DNA of 64,000 bases from Candidatus Shapirobacteria bacterium. Its GTDB lineage: Bacteria; Patescibacteriota; Microgenomatia; UBA12405. Where the stretch lies: positions 175,336 to 239,335 of the forward strand of contig JACPHO010000001.1 of assembly GCA_016188545.1 (NCBI GenBank). The letters are read 5' to 3'. The position numbers were made by a program, and so were the translations under genes. Within the stretch, counting starts at the first letter, position 1; the number at the start of each line of letters is the position of its first letter. The notes under the pieces are model-generated. The model saw only the letters and a list, made by a program, of their open reading frames with translations, did no database searches and had not been told where the DNA came from. Below, piece by piece: positions 8,558 to 17,819 of the stretch.

Positions 8558-9751
8558 ATGCATCTCGATCTCAACTCTTGCTTTGCTTCCATCGAGCAGC
8601 AAGCCGATCCTCATCTTCGCGGCAAGCCGGTAGCTGTGGCTGCTTATGTTTCTCCGCGCGGTTGTATCCTAGCTGCTTCTGTCGAGGCCAAAAAAATGGG
8701 AATCAAAACTGGATTTAGAGTCAAAGACGGTCGGGCTCTTTGCCCCGACCTAATCGTCATTCCGCCCGACACCGACAAATATCGTTTTGTCCACCATCGC
8801 CTCCACGAGCTGCTATCCTTCTATACCCCATTGCTTGTTCCCAAATCAATTGACGAGTTTGTCCTCGACTTCAAAGGTAGTCAATGTTCTGATTTACATG
8901 CTCTTAGTCGTGTTATCAAGACCAAAATAAAACAGGAAATAGGGGAGTGGCTAACTGTCTCGATCGGACTCGGTCCATCACGTTTCTTAGCCAAAGTTGC
9001 CTCAAATCTAAAAAAGCCCGATGGTCTCGAAGAAATCAATATTAATAACTATGAAGCGATCTATCCCCGTCTGACTCTTCCTGATCTTCATGGTATTAAT
9101 TCCCGTTTTGCCTCCCGTCTCAATGCTGGTGAAATCTACACCGTTACCGACTTTTACAACGCCAATATCGCCCATCTTCGCTCTGTCTTCCGTTCCATCT
9201 CCAGCTACTATTGGTATTTGCGTCTTCGGGGTTACGAGATTGACGATGTTGATTTTGGGCGTAAAAGCTTTGGCAATATGTATTCTCTTCCCGCCTCTAT
9301 TTCTGCTCCCACCAAACTTGGTCCCATTCTCCACAAGCTGGTGGCCAAAACTACTTTTCGTCTCCGTAGCTATGGTTATCATGCCAGAGGCTTTTACCTG
9401 GGGTTGCTTTTTAGCGATCATAGTTTTTGGCATCATCACTATTCCCTCCCTAGATATCTCTTCCACGAAAATGACGTCTACAAAATTTTTTACCGACTTC
9501 TTCTTCGCGCGCCTCTGTGCAAAAAAGTAATTAATCTTGCAGTCTCGTGTTTTGACCTCAGATCAGACAATATGGTTCAGTTAGACCTATTTAATACTGT
9601 CAAAAAACAACTAAGTATATCAAGTGCTATGGACAATATTAACCGAAAGTACGGGAGTTTTATTATCTCATCTGCCGGTATGTCTGGCACTGACTCACTT
9701 GTTCCAGATCGAATTGGATTTGGTAATGTTGATCACTTGACAGACATTTAG
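8558..9751 (+). CDS. dinB: DNA polymerase IV (Y-family translesion polymerase)
   Basis: MHLDLNSCFASIE (DinB start HxDxDxFFA), little-finger domain; ORF track starts at 8528, the internal Met is more likely. Confidence 0.8.
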   Translation: MHLDLNSCFASIEQQADPHLRGKPVAVAAYVSPRGCILAASVEAKKMGIKTGFRVKDGRALCPDLIVIPPDTDKYRFVHHRLHELLSFYTPLLVPKSIDEFVLDFKGSQCSDLHALSRVIKTKIKQEIGEWLTVSIGLGPSRFLAKVASNLKKPDGLEEININNYEAIYPRLTLPDLHGINSRFASRLNAGEIYTVTDFYNANIAHLRSVFRSISSYYWYLRLRGYEIDDVDFGRKSFGNMYSLPASISAPTKLGPILHKLVAKTTFRLRSYGYHARGFYLGLLFSDHSFWHHHYSLPRYLFHENDVYKIFYRLLLRAPLCKKVINLAVSCFDLRSDNMVQLDLFNTVKKQLSISSAMDNINRKYGSFIISSAGMSGTDSLVPDRIGFGNVDHLTDI

Positions 9752-9775
9752 ACTACCACTACACTAGTAGTAGTT

Positions 9776-10339
9776 ATGGATCAAAAAATATTAGACAACT
9801 TTAAGAATAATGGTATCGACGCTTCCTTTTATGAAACAGCTGAAGAACTAAAAGCTCAGCTTTATAAGTTAGTCCCGCAGGGCTCTGAAGTTATGACAAT
9901 GACTTCAGTTACACTGGATGCTTTGGGTATCTCCCAAGAGATAAATGAATCCGGTAAATATAATGCGGTCAGATCAAAGTTATTCGCTGGTGATTCTGAA
10001 GCCAGGTATCGAGCTTCAGTTCCGGAATATTCCATCGGTAGTGTTCATGCGGCGACCGAAGAAGGTCAACTGGTCATCGCCTCAGCCACCGGCAGTCAGT
10101 TACCAGCTTATGCTTATGGTGCCAAAATGGCCATTTTTGTAATCGGTATTCAAAAACTCGTCCCCAATCTGGATGCCGCCTTCAAACGCATCTATGACTA
10201 TGTCTTCCCATTGGAAAACGAACGGGCACTCAAGGCTTATGGTTCAGGCAGTGGTGTCAATAAATTATTAGTTATCAATCGTGAGGTAACCCCGTCACGT
10301 ATTAAAATATTATTTATTAATCAAAAATTAGGATTCTAA
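9776..10339 (+). CDS. LUD-domain (LutC/YkgG-like) protein
   Basis: Length and pattern typical of DUF162/LUD family (..GSVHAATEEGQLVIASATGSQLPAY..). Confidence 0.5.
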   Translation: MDQKILDNFKNNGIDASFYETAEELKAQLYKLVPQGSEVMTMTSVTLDALGISQEINESGKYNAVRSKLFAGDSEARYRASVPEYSIGSVHAATEEGQLVIASATGSQLPAYAYGAKMAIFVIGIQKLVPNLDAAFKRIYDYVFPLENERALKAYGSGSGVNKLLVINREVTPSRIKILFINQKLGF

Positions 10340-10341
10340 TT

Positions 10342-10752
10342 ATGAAAAATTTATTTCTAGTCGCACTCGTCGTCTTTATAGTCGGCAGTGGTTACTTCTA
10401 TATGAAACAATCACCTACTCCCGCTCCAGTAGGTACCAACACCTCAACTGAAGTTACTCAAGCTATGACTGAAGGAGCCACCCAAACTTTCAATATAAAA
10501 GGTTTAAATTTTGCCTTTGATGTTAAGGAAATACGAGTTAAAAAAGGCGATAAAGTCACCATCAACTTTACCAATACTGAAGGTTTCCACGATTTTAAAA
10601 TCGATGAGTTGAATGTTACCTCCAAGCAAATACAGGCTGGTGAAAGTGAAACTGTAACCTTTACTGCAGATAAAGCCGGTACCTTCGAATACTACTGTAG
10701 TGTCGGTCAGCACCGCCAAAACGGTATGTGGGGTAAACTTATCGTTGAGTAA
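10342..10752 (+). CDS. Secreted cupredoxin (plastocyanin/azurin-like blue copper protein)
   Basis: N-terminal TM/signal; type-1 Cu ligands H..C..H..M in FHDF...YYCSVGQHRQNGMWGKL. Confidence 0.65.
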   Translation: MKNLFLVALVVFIVGSGYFYMKQSPTPAPVGTNTSTEVTQAMTEGATQTFNIKGLNFAFDVKEIRVKKGDKVTINFTNTEGFHDFKIDELNVTSKQIQAGESETVTFTADKAGTFEYYCSVGQHRQNGMWGKLIVE

Positions 10753-10780
10753 GCTTCGGTTATAAATTTAATAGAAACAA

Positions 10781-10817
10781 AATGCCTGACCGGCGACCCC
10801 GAGTCCGGCATTTTTTG
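10781..10817 (+). terminator. Rho-independent terminator after the cupredoxin gene
   Basis: AATGCC...GGCATT GC-rich hairpin followed by TTTTTT. Confidence 0.6.
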
Positions 10818-10833
10818 TGATATCCTTATTTTC

Positions 10834-11442
10834 ATGCTGACCGAACTCTTTTTCGACATTGAAACCAAGAAAATTTTTGATGACATTATAGGCAACAACC
10901 CCGCAGATTTGGGGATATCTATTATCTCTGTATATAAACGTCAGCTCAACGACAGACTCAATGAAGTTAGTGGACAAATGTATAGCTTTTGGGAAGAGGA
11001 TTTCCCTAAAATGTGGCCATTATTTACTAACGCAGATCGCATAGTCGGTTTTAACACTGAGCACTTTGACATCCCCGCAGTAGCTCCTCTTGCGCCATAC
11101 GATTTTCGTAAACTAAATCATTTTGACATTATGACCCATGTCAAAGAATCTCTCGGATTTAGGTTAAGTCTCAACTCTATCGCTAGCGAGACTTTAAACG
11201 AGACCAAAATCGATCATGGCCTAAATGCTGTTCGCTATTGGGCGGAGCACTCTCCCGAGTCACTCGCCAAACTTAAAAAATACTGTGAAGCCGATGTTGA
11301 CGTCACCAAAAAAGTCTATGACTATGGACTCAAACATGGTTTTTTGAAATTCAAAGATAAATGGAATACAGTCAGGACACTGGAAGTTGACTTTAGTTAC
11401 CCCAAAGCACAGCAAGAAGATCTACAAGCTAGCCTTTTTTAG
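10834..11442 (+). CDS. DEDD-family 3'-5' exonuclease (RNase H-like fold)
   Basis: Exo I FDIET, Exo III YCEADVDVTKKVY motifs. Confidence 0.55.
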   Translation: MLTELFFDIETKKIFDDIIGNNPADLGISIISVYKRQLNDRLNEVSGQMYSFWEEDFPKMWPLFTNADRIVGFNTEHFDIPAVAPLAPYDFRKLNHFDIMTHVKESLGFRLSLNSIASETLNETKIDHGLNAVRYWAEHSPESLAKLKKYCEADVDVTKKVYDYGLKHGFLKFKDKWNTVRTLEVDFSYPKAQQEDLQASLF

Positions 11443-12007
11443 ACTCTTCACCGTATATTTCGTCCATCAAAAACTCCATTTTGTTCACTGGCTTTTGAGG
11501 TAACCCGCTTTTGACAAATAGTTGCCAGCAAGAATGTACCCATTGATATTTCTCCCCTCGACTACCATGGAACTTGTCCCAAAATTTTCCTCCAAACTCC
11601 CGCAATTCTTCTTTCATGGTTACCAGGTTATGAAGATGATTCATTAGTAGAATTAGTAAGACTTCTTTGTCGGCATTTTCTAATTTTTTAAGATAGTGTT
11701 TCTTTTTATCCAGCCATTTTGTACCCGGCTCAACATCGATATTGTTGGACATCATCGCCACCATTCTGGTTACCTCACTCCCGAAGTCATTTTCCATATC
11801 CTTTAGTTCGTATCCTTCAACATCTTCGATCAAATCATGAAATAGTGCTGCGATAATTGTATTTTCATTGTCAGTATATTCTGAGACCATCCAGGCGACT
11901 GTAATGGGGTGAACTATATAAGGGGTAACTCCGTTTCTTCTAAATTGGTTTCCGTGCATCCTTGCCGCCACTTCTATTGCCTTGTCTATTCGTGACGACC
12001 ATTTCAT
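11429..12007 (-). CDS. HD-domain (p)ppGpp hydrolase-like protein (small alarmone hydrolase / SpoT HD-domain homolog)
   Basis: RMHGNQFRRNGVTPYIVHPITVA ... ALFHDLIEDV ... LLMNHLHNL match the RelA/SpoT hydrolase motifs. Confidence 0.65.
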   Translation of the reverse strand: MKWSSRIDKAIEVAARMHGNQFRRNGVTPYIVHPITVAWMVSEYTDNENTIIAALFHDLIEDVEGYELKDMENDFGSEVTRMVAMMSNNIDVEPGTKWLDKKKHYLKKLENADKEVLLILLMNHLHNLVTMKEELREFGGKFWDKFHGSRGEKYQWVHSCWQLFVKSGLPQKPVNKMEFLMDEIYGEESKKG

Positions 12008-12070
12008 ATTAGTAAATAATATAACACTATTTTACTAATACTTCATTGATCAAAAATTTTAGGATTATAA

Positions 12071-12949
12071 TTATAAAATTTTAGAATCTTCCTCTTCACT
12101 CATTGTTGGTCTGGAGATGATGTATATATCAGCCTTGTATTCGTCTTGGCCGACTTTTTCAGCCTCTCCTTTGAGAACCATTTCATAAGGGCGACAATTA
12201 CGACATCCTTGTTCTCCACTGGGGCACAAAAATCGTTCGAGTTGTCTTGCTAACTTCATCTTTTTAGCAATTTTAAGAATCTTATCGGCAGATGATTCAA
12301 TATCGGTTAGTTCTTTTTTAACCATGGTATCGCTATTACTGAGATACCAGTACCATGCTCCATCTACTTTTCGCTTTTGGCAGTTGTGGACCAGTAGGCT
12401 ATAGATTGGTAGCTGTAATGACTCCACTCCTTCCTCGTTTTTACTGGTCTTAAAGTCAATAATCTCTACACTATCTGATTGACTGTTGTACTTCAGCCAG
12501 TCAATCTTGCCGCATAAAATAATGTTGTCCTCCTCTGATAACCAGTAGTAGGGTAATTCCATATTAATCTTCACGGCTAGTTCTGCCACGGGACCAGGAT
12601 GGTTGGTTACCCTTCGGATCATTTCTTCACCTCTAATTTTATATTTATACTCAGTATCCTCATCTAAGAAGCCTCCCATTTTTCCAGAGACTTTCTTCCA
12701 AGACCTATTAAATTTATCTAGCAGTGGTTCCTTAAACCTATCACTCGTCTTCAGTTCTGATAACGATTCCACTACCTCATGGACCGCTGAACCAAGTGCA
12801 AGCGGTGGGGATACTACTTTAATTTTATGTCCCGTTTCTGGGTCTTTATACACATTTCGTAAATAATAACCCCGAGGACATTCTAAAAAACTTCCAATTG
12901 AAGAATGTGATACCCAAATCGCGCTATACTTGTCCTTAGCCATTACCAA
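12071..12949 (-). CDS. Cas4-like PD-(D/E)XK nuclease with 4-Cys cluster
   Basis: N-terminal Cys (ECPRGYYL), IDFKTSK (D..E.K), C-terminal CPSGEQGCRNCRPY. Confidence 0.6.
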   Translation of the reverse strand: MVMAKDKYSAIWVSHSSIGSFLECPRGYYLRNVYKDPETGHKIKVVSPPLALGSAVHEVVESLSELKTSDRFKEPLLDKFNRSWKKVSGKMGGFLDEDTEYKYKIRGEEMIRRVTNHPGPVAELAVKINMELPYYWLSEEDNIILCGKIDWLKYNSQSDSVEIIDFKTSKNEEGVESLQLPIYSLLVHNCQKRKVDGAWYWYLSNSDTMVKKELTDIESSADKILKIAKKMKLARQLERFLCPSGEQGCRNCRPYEMVLKGEAEKVGQDEYKADIYIISRPTMSEEEDSKIL

Positions 12950-12987
12950 TCTTATCCTATTTAATTCTTAATTCCTAATTCCTAATT

Positions 12988-13671
12988 ATGCCCCTCATTC
13001 GTCTCAATAAATATCTCGCCAGTTTGGGAGTTGCCTCTCGGCGTAAAATTGATGAGTTTACTTCTCAAAGGCGAATAACTATTAATGGTCGGATTGCGAT
13101 TCTGGGCGACAAGGTTAACACCGAAATAGATAATGTCGTTGTCGACAAAAAAATAATTCCCCCTCACCCCCAAAAACTTGTCTATTATCTACTTAATAAA
13201 CCAAAATACGTTTTATGTACTTCTAGTGACGATCGGGGCCGAGATACGGTTTTGAACTATGTCCCCAAAGGCACCAGAGTTTATCCGGTGGGCAGATTGG
13301 ACTACGAATCAACCGGTCTAATTCTATTAACCAACGACGGTGATCTATCACTAAAACTTACCCACCCCCGTTACCACCTCCCCAAAGTATATTTAGTTAC
13401 CCTCTTGGGTAAGACACCCCAGTCAAAAATTGCCTCAATGGTTAGTCCGGGAGTAAAAGCCGAAATCGTCAGTCAAGAAAACAATCATACGATTATCAAA
13501 ATAACCCTGTTCGAAGGTAAAAAACGCCAGATCAGACTTCTTTGTGCCTCGCTCCATCTCTACGTGCTCGACCTCCAGCGGATTAGTATTGGCCCACTAC
13601 TTCTCAACAGGTTAGCCCCCGGAGAATACCGGGAGCTATCCTCATCAGAGTTAAAATCTATCCGACTTTGA
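12988..13671 (+). CDS. rsuA: RsuA/RluB-family rRNA pseudouridine synthase
   Basis: S4 domain (RLNKYLASLGVASRR) + catalytic YPVGRLDYESTGLILLTNDGDL. Confidence 0.7.
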   Translation: MPLIRLNKYLASLGVASRRKIDEFTSQRRITINGRIAILGDKVNTEIDNVVVDKKIIPPHPQKLVYYLLNKPKYVLCTSSDDRGRDTVLNYVPKGTRVYPVGRLDYESTGLILLTNDGDLSLKLTHPRYHLPKVYLVTLLGKTPQSKIASMVSPGVKAEIVSQENNHTIIKITLFEGKKRQIRLLCASLHLYVLDLQRISIGPLLLNRLAPGEYRELSSSELKSIRL

Positions 13672-14071
13672 CTTCAATTTCTTTTGGTTTGGCCTCTTCG
13701 GCGATCTTTGCCTTAATGGTTACCACGCCATCTTTTATTTTGGCGTCGATCGTCTTGGTATCAATCGGTCGGGGTAGGGACGTGACATAGTCTACAGAGC
13801 TGGCCATCTCCCATTTTTTAATAACCTTTCCCTTCTTCCTCTCTTCATCCTTTTCACTGGCGCTTCCATAAATATGAAGCATTCCGTCATGATAGGTGAC
13901 TTTTAAATTCTTTGGATCCATTCCTGGGACAGGTGCTTCTACTGTGACTTCAGTTTCATTGTCATCAATGTATACATTAAGGCCTGAATTTGATTGCATA
14001 TCTGGCCAATTATCTTCATCCCAAGTTAACGGATGCCAGTTAATAAGCGGGCTATATGGTAGATATCGCAT
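13658..14071 (-). CDS. Hsp20/alpha-crystallin small heat-shock protein
   Basis: Alpha-crystallin domain (EVTVEAPVPGMDPKNLKVTYHDGMLHI...GVVTIKA). Confidence 0.75.
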   Translation of the reverse strand: MRYLPYSPLINWHPLTWDEDNWPDMQSNSGLNVYIDDNETEVTVEAPVPGMDPKNLKVTYHDGMLHIYGSASEKDEERKKGKVIKKWEMASSVDYVTSLPRPIDTKTIDAKIKDGVVTIKAKIAEEAKPKEIEVKVG

Positions 14072-14167
14072 ATATCTTTCTCCTCAATTTAATTAATAAT
14101 ATTTAGTAATCCGTAGCTCTTAAGAGCGTAGGATACTTAGCAGTATAAGATAATCTGTGCCAGCATG

Positions 14168-15400
14168 TCAAGTACCAATATGCCAAGTTTCGCTGACCAA
14201 TTCTCGAAAAACAGACCTGGACACCAGTCTATACCCTTGTTCAGTCAATATCTTTTGATGGTCAACTCCATGGATAATCTCACCATAGGGGATCACTGTA
14301 ATAATGGATTCCGTCGGTTTCTTTCGAATATCAATTATTTCAATATTTGGTTTATAGTAGCGCAGCGGATCACCAAAACTTTCAATCATATAGACTTTGT
14401 TCGGCAAGTTTACAGATAATGTCTTCCAATCCTCTCGATGAAATGTGGGGAAGCTTATATATACCAAACTGAACAACAGTGATCCGGCCACTATCAGCTT
14501 GTTTTTGTTTATTGCTAGCCCCATAAGAGGAATAGTGTATAAAAAACGAAAATACTGCAACATCGGTGTAAATATCGAAAATATTGTCCCCAGAGCTATA
14601 CTTGCCCAAAATAAAAAAGAGTAAACATTCTTTTTAAACAGTTTGGAAAACACATACGCCGACCAAATACCCACAATCGCATAATAGACTACCTTTGGGT
14701 AAAAACTTATTCTCCCACCAGTAAATTTCATTGGTATAAGTAACAAATTTTTAATGTTTGCTTTCCCTAGTACTAGACTCCAGTTAGTGACTGTACCCAG
14801 AATTTCCTTTGAGTATTTCATTTGACCAAATAGTAGTGGGCTAATTACTAAAATACCCAATATTGGACCCAATGAAAATTGAAACAATGGTTTATATCTT
14901 TTGTTGACTAGTAGATATAGCCCTATTCCCATAGTCAAAAAAATCGATCCATAGAACACCCAAAAACTTAACCCGGCAGCAAGTCCAGAATATAAATACT
15001 CTTTTCTAATTAGAAAAAAAACGGACGTAGTTAGGAGCATGGTTACTAGTGCATACATCCGTGTTTCGTGAGAATAATATACGATAAGTGGGTTAAAACC
15101 GACTATCATTGCTGCCTCAATTCCACCCAATTTATACACGATAAAAACAGTTATTAATGTAAAAATTGTGGAAGGTATCCGTAGAGATACTTCAGAATAT
15201 CCAAAAATATCCGCCCAAGTTTTTAGAATTAAATAGTACCCTGGTGGGTGAAAATCATATTTAGAAAAGTTGCTGACAATTCCTAAATAACTATTATTTT
15301 TAGCTACATTCGCTGAGATAGCCTCATCAGGCCAAAGAGATTGGCTAGCCGCGGCCAGATATAAACCAACTAAAGCTGTCAACAGCCACCAAATTTTCAT
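14168..15400 (-). CDS. GT-C family membrane glycosyltransferase (PMT/ArnT-like)
   Basis: Multi-TM; N-terminal loop DE motif (LWPDEA). Confidence 0.55.
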   Translation of the reverse strand: MKIWWLLTALVGLYLAAASQSLWPDEAISANVAKNNSYLGIVSNFSKYDFHPPGYYLILKTWADIFGYSEVSLRIPSTIFTLITVFIVYKLGGIEAAMIVGFNPLIVYYSHETRMYALVTMLLTTSVFFLIRKEYLYSGLAAGLSFWVFYGSIFLTMGIGLYLLVNKRYKPLFQFSLGPILGILVISPLLFGQMKYSKEILGTVTNWSLVLGKANIKNLLLIPMKFTGGRISFYPKVVYYAIVGIWSAYVFSKLFKKNVYSFLFWASIALGTIFSIFTPMLQYFRFLYTIPLMGLAINKNKLIVAGSLLFSLVYISFPTFHREDWKTLSVNLPNKVYMIESFGDPLRYYKPNIEIIDIRKKPTESIITVIPYGEIIHGVDHQKILTEQGYRLVSRSVFRELVSETWHIGT

Positions 15401-15416
15401 GTTACACTAATTTAAC

Positions 15417-15617
15417 ATGAAAAAATCCACCCCCAAAAAGACAGTTAAGTCTGCCAAAAAATCAGTTAAAAAAGCTACCAGACCTGCAGTCAAACCAGCT
15501 GCCAAAAAGGTAGTTTCTGTCCAGTCACCAAAAAGCAGTTCTCTCAGCCCTTTCCAAATATTACTTTGGCTCTCAATTATCTTTTCCTCAATATTAATAA
15601 TTGTCAGCAAACTATGA
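15417..15617 (+). CDS. Small Lys/Ala-rich basic protein with C-terminal TM
   Basis: KKSVKKATRPAVKPAAKK histone-H1-like tail; may be fused or frameshifted with the next ORF. Confidence 0.3.
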   Translation: MKKSTPKKTVKSAKKSVKKATRPAVKPAAKKVVSVQSPKSSSLSPFQILLWLSIIFSSILIIVSKL

Positions 15618-16498
15618 TAACTTGGCTCAAACGTAACTGGGCGCTAGCCGTTCTTATTCTTTTTGTTGTTTTCTGGGGTAAAAGCAAATTTGTCTCTCAG
15701 AACGTAGGTTATAGATCAGGTACCTTACCTATATCGGGTGGTGGTTCTGCTGGAGTTATGATGCAGGACAGTAGCTCCATTTCTGCACCATCAGCCAAAA
15801 TGATGCCCTACGGTCGCGAGTCTGCTCCAACTGACAATGTTTCCCGAATGGTAATTCGTGACTCAAGCCTATCCCTCCAGGTCACCGATGTAGCCGCCGA
15901 GGTTAGTGCTATCGAAACCTTGGCCAAAGGTTTTGGTGGTTATTTGGTTAGCTCCAACCTTTCCCGTCCCGAATCAGCCACCAATGGCTCCATTACTGTC
16001 CGCGTTCCCGAAGAAAAAAGATCTGAAGCCATGGCTGCTTTTAAGAAACTAGCCGTCAAAGTAGTTTCTGAATCTGTTAATGGCAATGATGTCACCGACC
16101 AGTATGTCGATCTTAGCGCCCAGTTGGCCGTTCTCACCAAAACCAAAGCAAAATTTGAAGACATTTTAGATAAAGCCACTCGAGTCGAAGACCTAATGAA
16201 TGTCCAGCAGCAACTGGTAAATATCCAACAACAAATAGATTCAGTCATTGGTCAACAAAAATACTACGAACAGTCAGCCAAACTAAGTCTGGTTAGTGTC
16301 TACTTATCAACCGACGAGCTGGCTCTGCCTTATGCCCCCACCAACGAGTGGCGTCCAGCTGTTATCTTCAAGGAGGCCGTACGTTCACTTATTGCCAATA
16401 TCCGTGGATTGGGAAGTCTTATTATCTGGGGACTTGTTTATCTACCAATACTAATCCCTGTTGGATTGGTGCTGTGGTATCTGAAGCGACGTGTCTAA
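15614..16498 (+). CDS. DUF4349-like secreted/membrane-anchored protein
   Basis: N-terminal TM, coiled-coil Q-rich segment, C-terminal TM (ORF track start 15566). Confidence 0.45.
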   Translation: MITWLKRNWALAVLILFVVFWGKSKFVSQNVGYRSGTLPISGGGSAGVMMQDSSSISAPSAKMMPYGRESAPTDNVSRMVIRDSSLSLQVTDVAAEVSAIETLAKGFGGYLVSSNLSRPESATNGSITVRVPEEKRSEAMAAFKKLAVKVVSESVNGNDVTDQYVDLSAQLAVLTKTKAKFEDILDKATRVEDLMNVQQQLVNIQQQIDSVIGQQKYYEQSAKLSLVSVYLSTDELALPYAPTNEWRPAVIFKEAVRSLIANIRGLGSLIIWGLVYLPILIPVGLVLWYLKRRV

Positions 16499-16835
16499 TC
16501 CGCACTCCAATACTACCGTGCCAAATATCAGTTTCAATAACTCTTAGGCGTATTCCTTCGTACCTCCATCCGTGGTGGATGCGTTGCTTCTTGCCACTGT
16601 CATCCATATCAGACAAATCTGTTCGTCTATTCCAGTTATGGGTAAACAAAGATAAAAAAGTACCATGCTTGTGAACTAACAGCTTCCCGGGATGTCTACT
16701 TTCCGACCCTAGGTCCTTTAAAAAATATTGCAAACCTATTTCTATTCCATTAATCCCCTCAGGTTGAATTTTATTCATCTCTCCTTCAGTGATGGTTTTC
16801 CCCTCCTTAGATAGTTGAATTATTTCGGCTGACAT
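16422..16835 (-). CDS. Hypothetical protein
   Basis: ORF only; overlaps the 3' end of the previous gene by 77 nt. Confidence 0.25.
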   Translation of the reverse strand: MSAEIIQLSKEGKTITEGEMNKIQPEGINGIEIGLQYFLKDLGSESRHPGKLLVHKHGTFLSLFTHNWNRRTDLSDMDDSGKKQRIHHGWRYEGIRLRVIETDIWHGSIGVRIRHVASDTTAPIQQGLVLVDKQVPR

Positions 16836-16840
16836 ATGTT

Positions 16841-17725
16841 TTAAAAATCATATTCTTTAATCATCCCTACCGCAGAAGTATTAGCAATTTTTTTGGCTTT
16901 ATTTTCATCAATCCCATTCCACATTTGTGCCTCAATCGCCATTTCTTTAATATTTCCAATTAATTCATTGTGTACACCATATTTATTTTCACCATCTATC
17001 CAAAGAGCTGGAAAATTACGAATAATTATTCCTTCTAGTAAATAGTTATTGTAATATCTTTTTCTAAGCGCTGAAGGATTGTCAAAATAGGGGTTTATTA
17101 TGCTTTCCCCAGGACCAGCTAGCAAGTCCCGCACAATCATGCCTGTTAGTTTTAACATCGCAACTGACTTGATATTGTCAGCCATCATTGTGTCAATTTT
17201 TTGTTGCAACTCGGGATTAATATAGTCAAAATCCCCATAAAGTTGAAATAAAGCCATGGCGTTTGCCACTTCCCTGGCCATTTCCACCCTCTGCCCCATT
17301 TCATACCATTCATGCTGCGAGATATCCTTGGTAGTAAACACATCCCGGTTATAAAATATTCGCAAGTCGTGACACATACTCTCAATACAAGGTTGTTGTA
17401 TATACAAATTGTTTTCTTCAAGAGCAAAAGCCAGCTCACCAGTCAAAAAGTGTCTTTGAACTGCAATTCGTTCCTCATCCTCCCTGTCTTCCTTTATCAC
17501 TGTTGGACCAGAATTATCGGCAAACCTTGTCTGGCTCTCATCATAAGTTTTACCAAATTCAGGTTTTAGTTTGTGTTCGTAGTACCAAGTATGTCGGTTC
17601 CTTGCGTTTGCGCTTGTTTCATTATAAAGTTCTGCCAATTTAACAGGATCAATAGCAAATTGTAGTTGCCCACCTTCATTTCCGGGAATATTTTTTCTAT
17701 CAAAGTATTGACTTACATCTTTCAT
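16841..17725 (-). CDS. Hypothetical protein (294 aa, no recognised domain)
   Basis: Long clean ORF; divergent from the regulator gene. Confidence 0.4.
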   Translation of the reverse strand: MKDVSQYFDRKNIPGNEGGQLQFAIDPVKLAELYNETSANARNRHTWYYEHKLKPEFGKTYDESQTRFADNSGPTVIKEDREDEERIAVQRHFLTGELAFALEENNLYIQQPCIESMCHDLRIFYNRDVFTTKDISQHEWYEMGQRVEMAREVANAMALFQLYGDFDYINPELQQKIDTMMADNIKSVAMLKLTGMIVRDLLAGPGESIINPYFDNPSALRKRYYNNYLLEGIIIRNFPALWIDGENKYGVHNELIGNIKEMAIEAQMWNGIDENKAKKIANTSAVGMIKEYDF

Positions 17726-17779
17726 AAAATATTTAATTTCTAATTGATCATAATATAACTTATAGGATTATTAACTACA

Positions 17780-17819
17780 TGACATAACCTGACACAAAAC
17801 TGGACAAACCTGACACAAA
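17780..17819 (+). promoter_or_regulatory. Four phased TGACA(C/T)AA direct repeats (10-11 bp period), including a perfect 12-mer ACCTGACACAAA twice 21 bp apart
   Basis: tgacataacc tgacacaaaac tggacaaacc tgacacaaag, immediately upstream of the start of the wHTH regulator gene. Confidence 0.5.

Noticed and set aside
8296-8592. 98-aa minus-strand ORF overlapping the dinB start
   Set aside because: Antisense to the dinB 5' end and to the + strand small ORF. No homology or signals; likely spurious.
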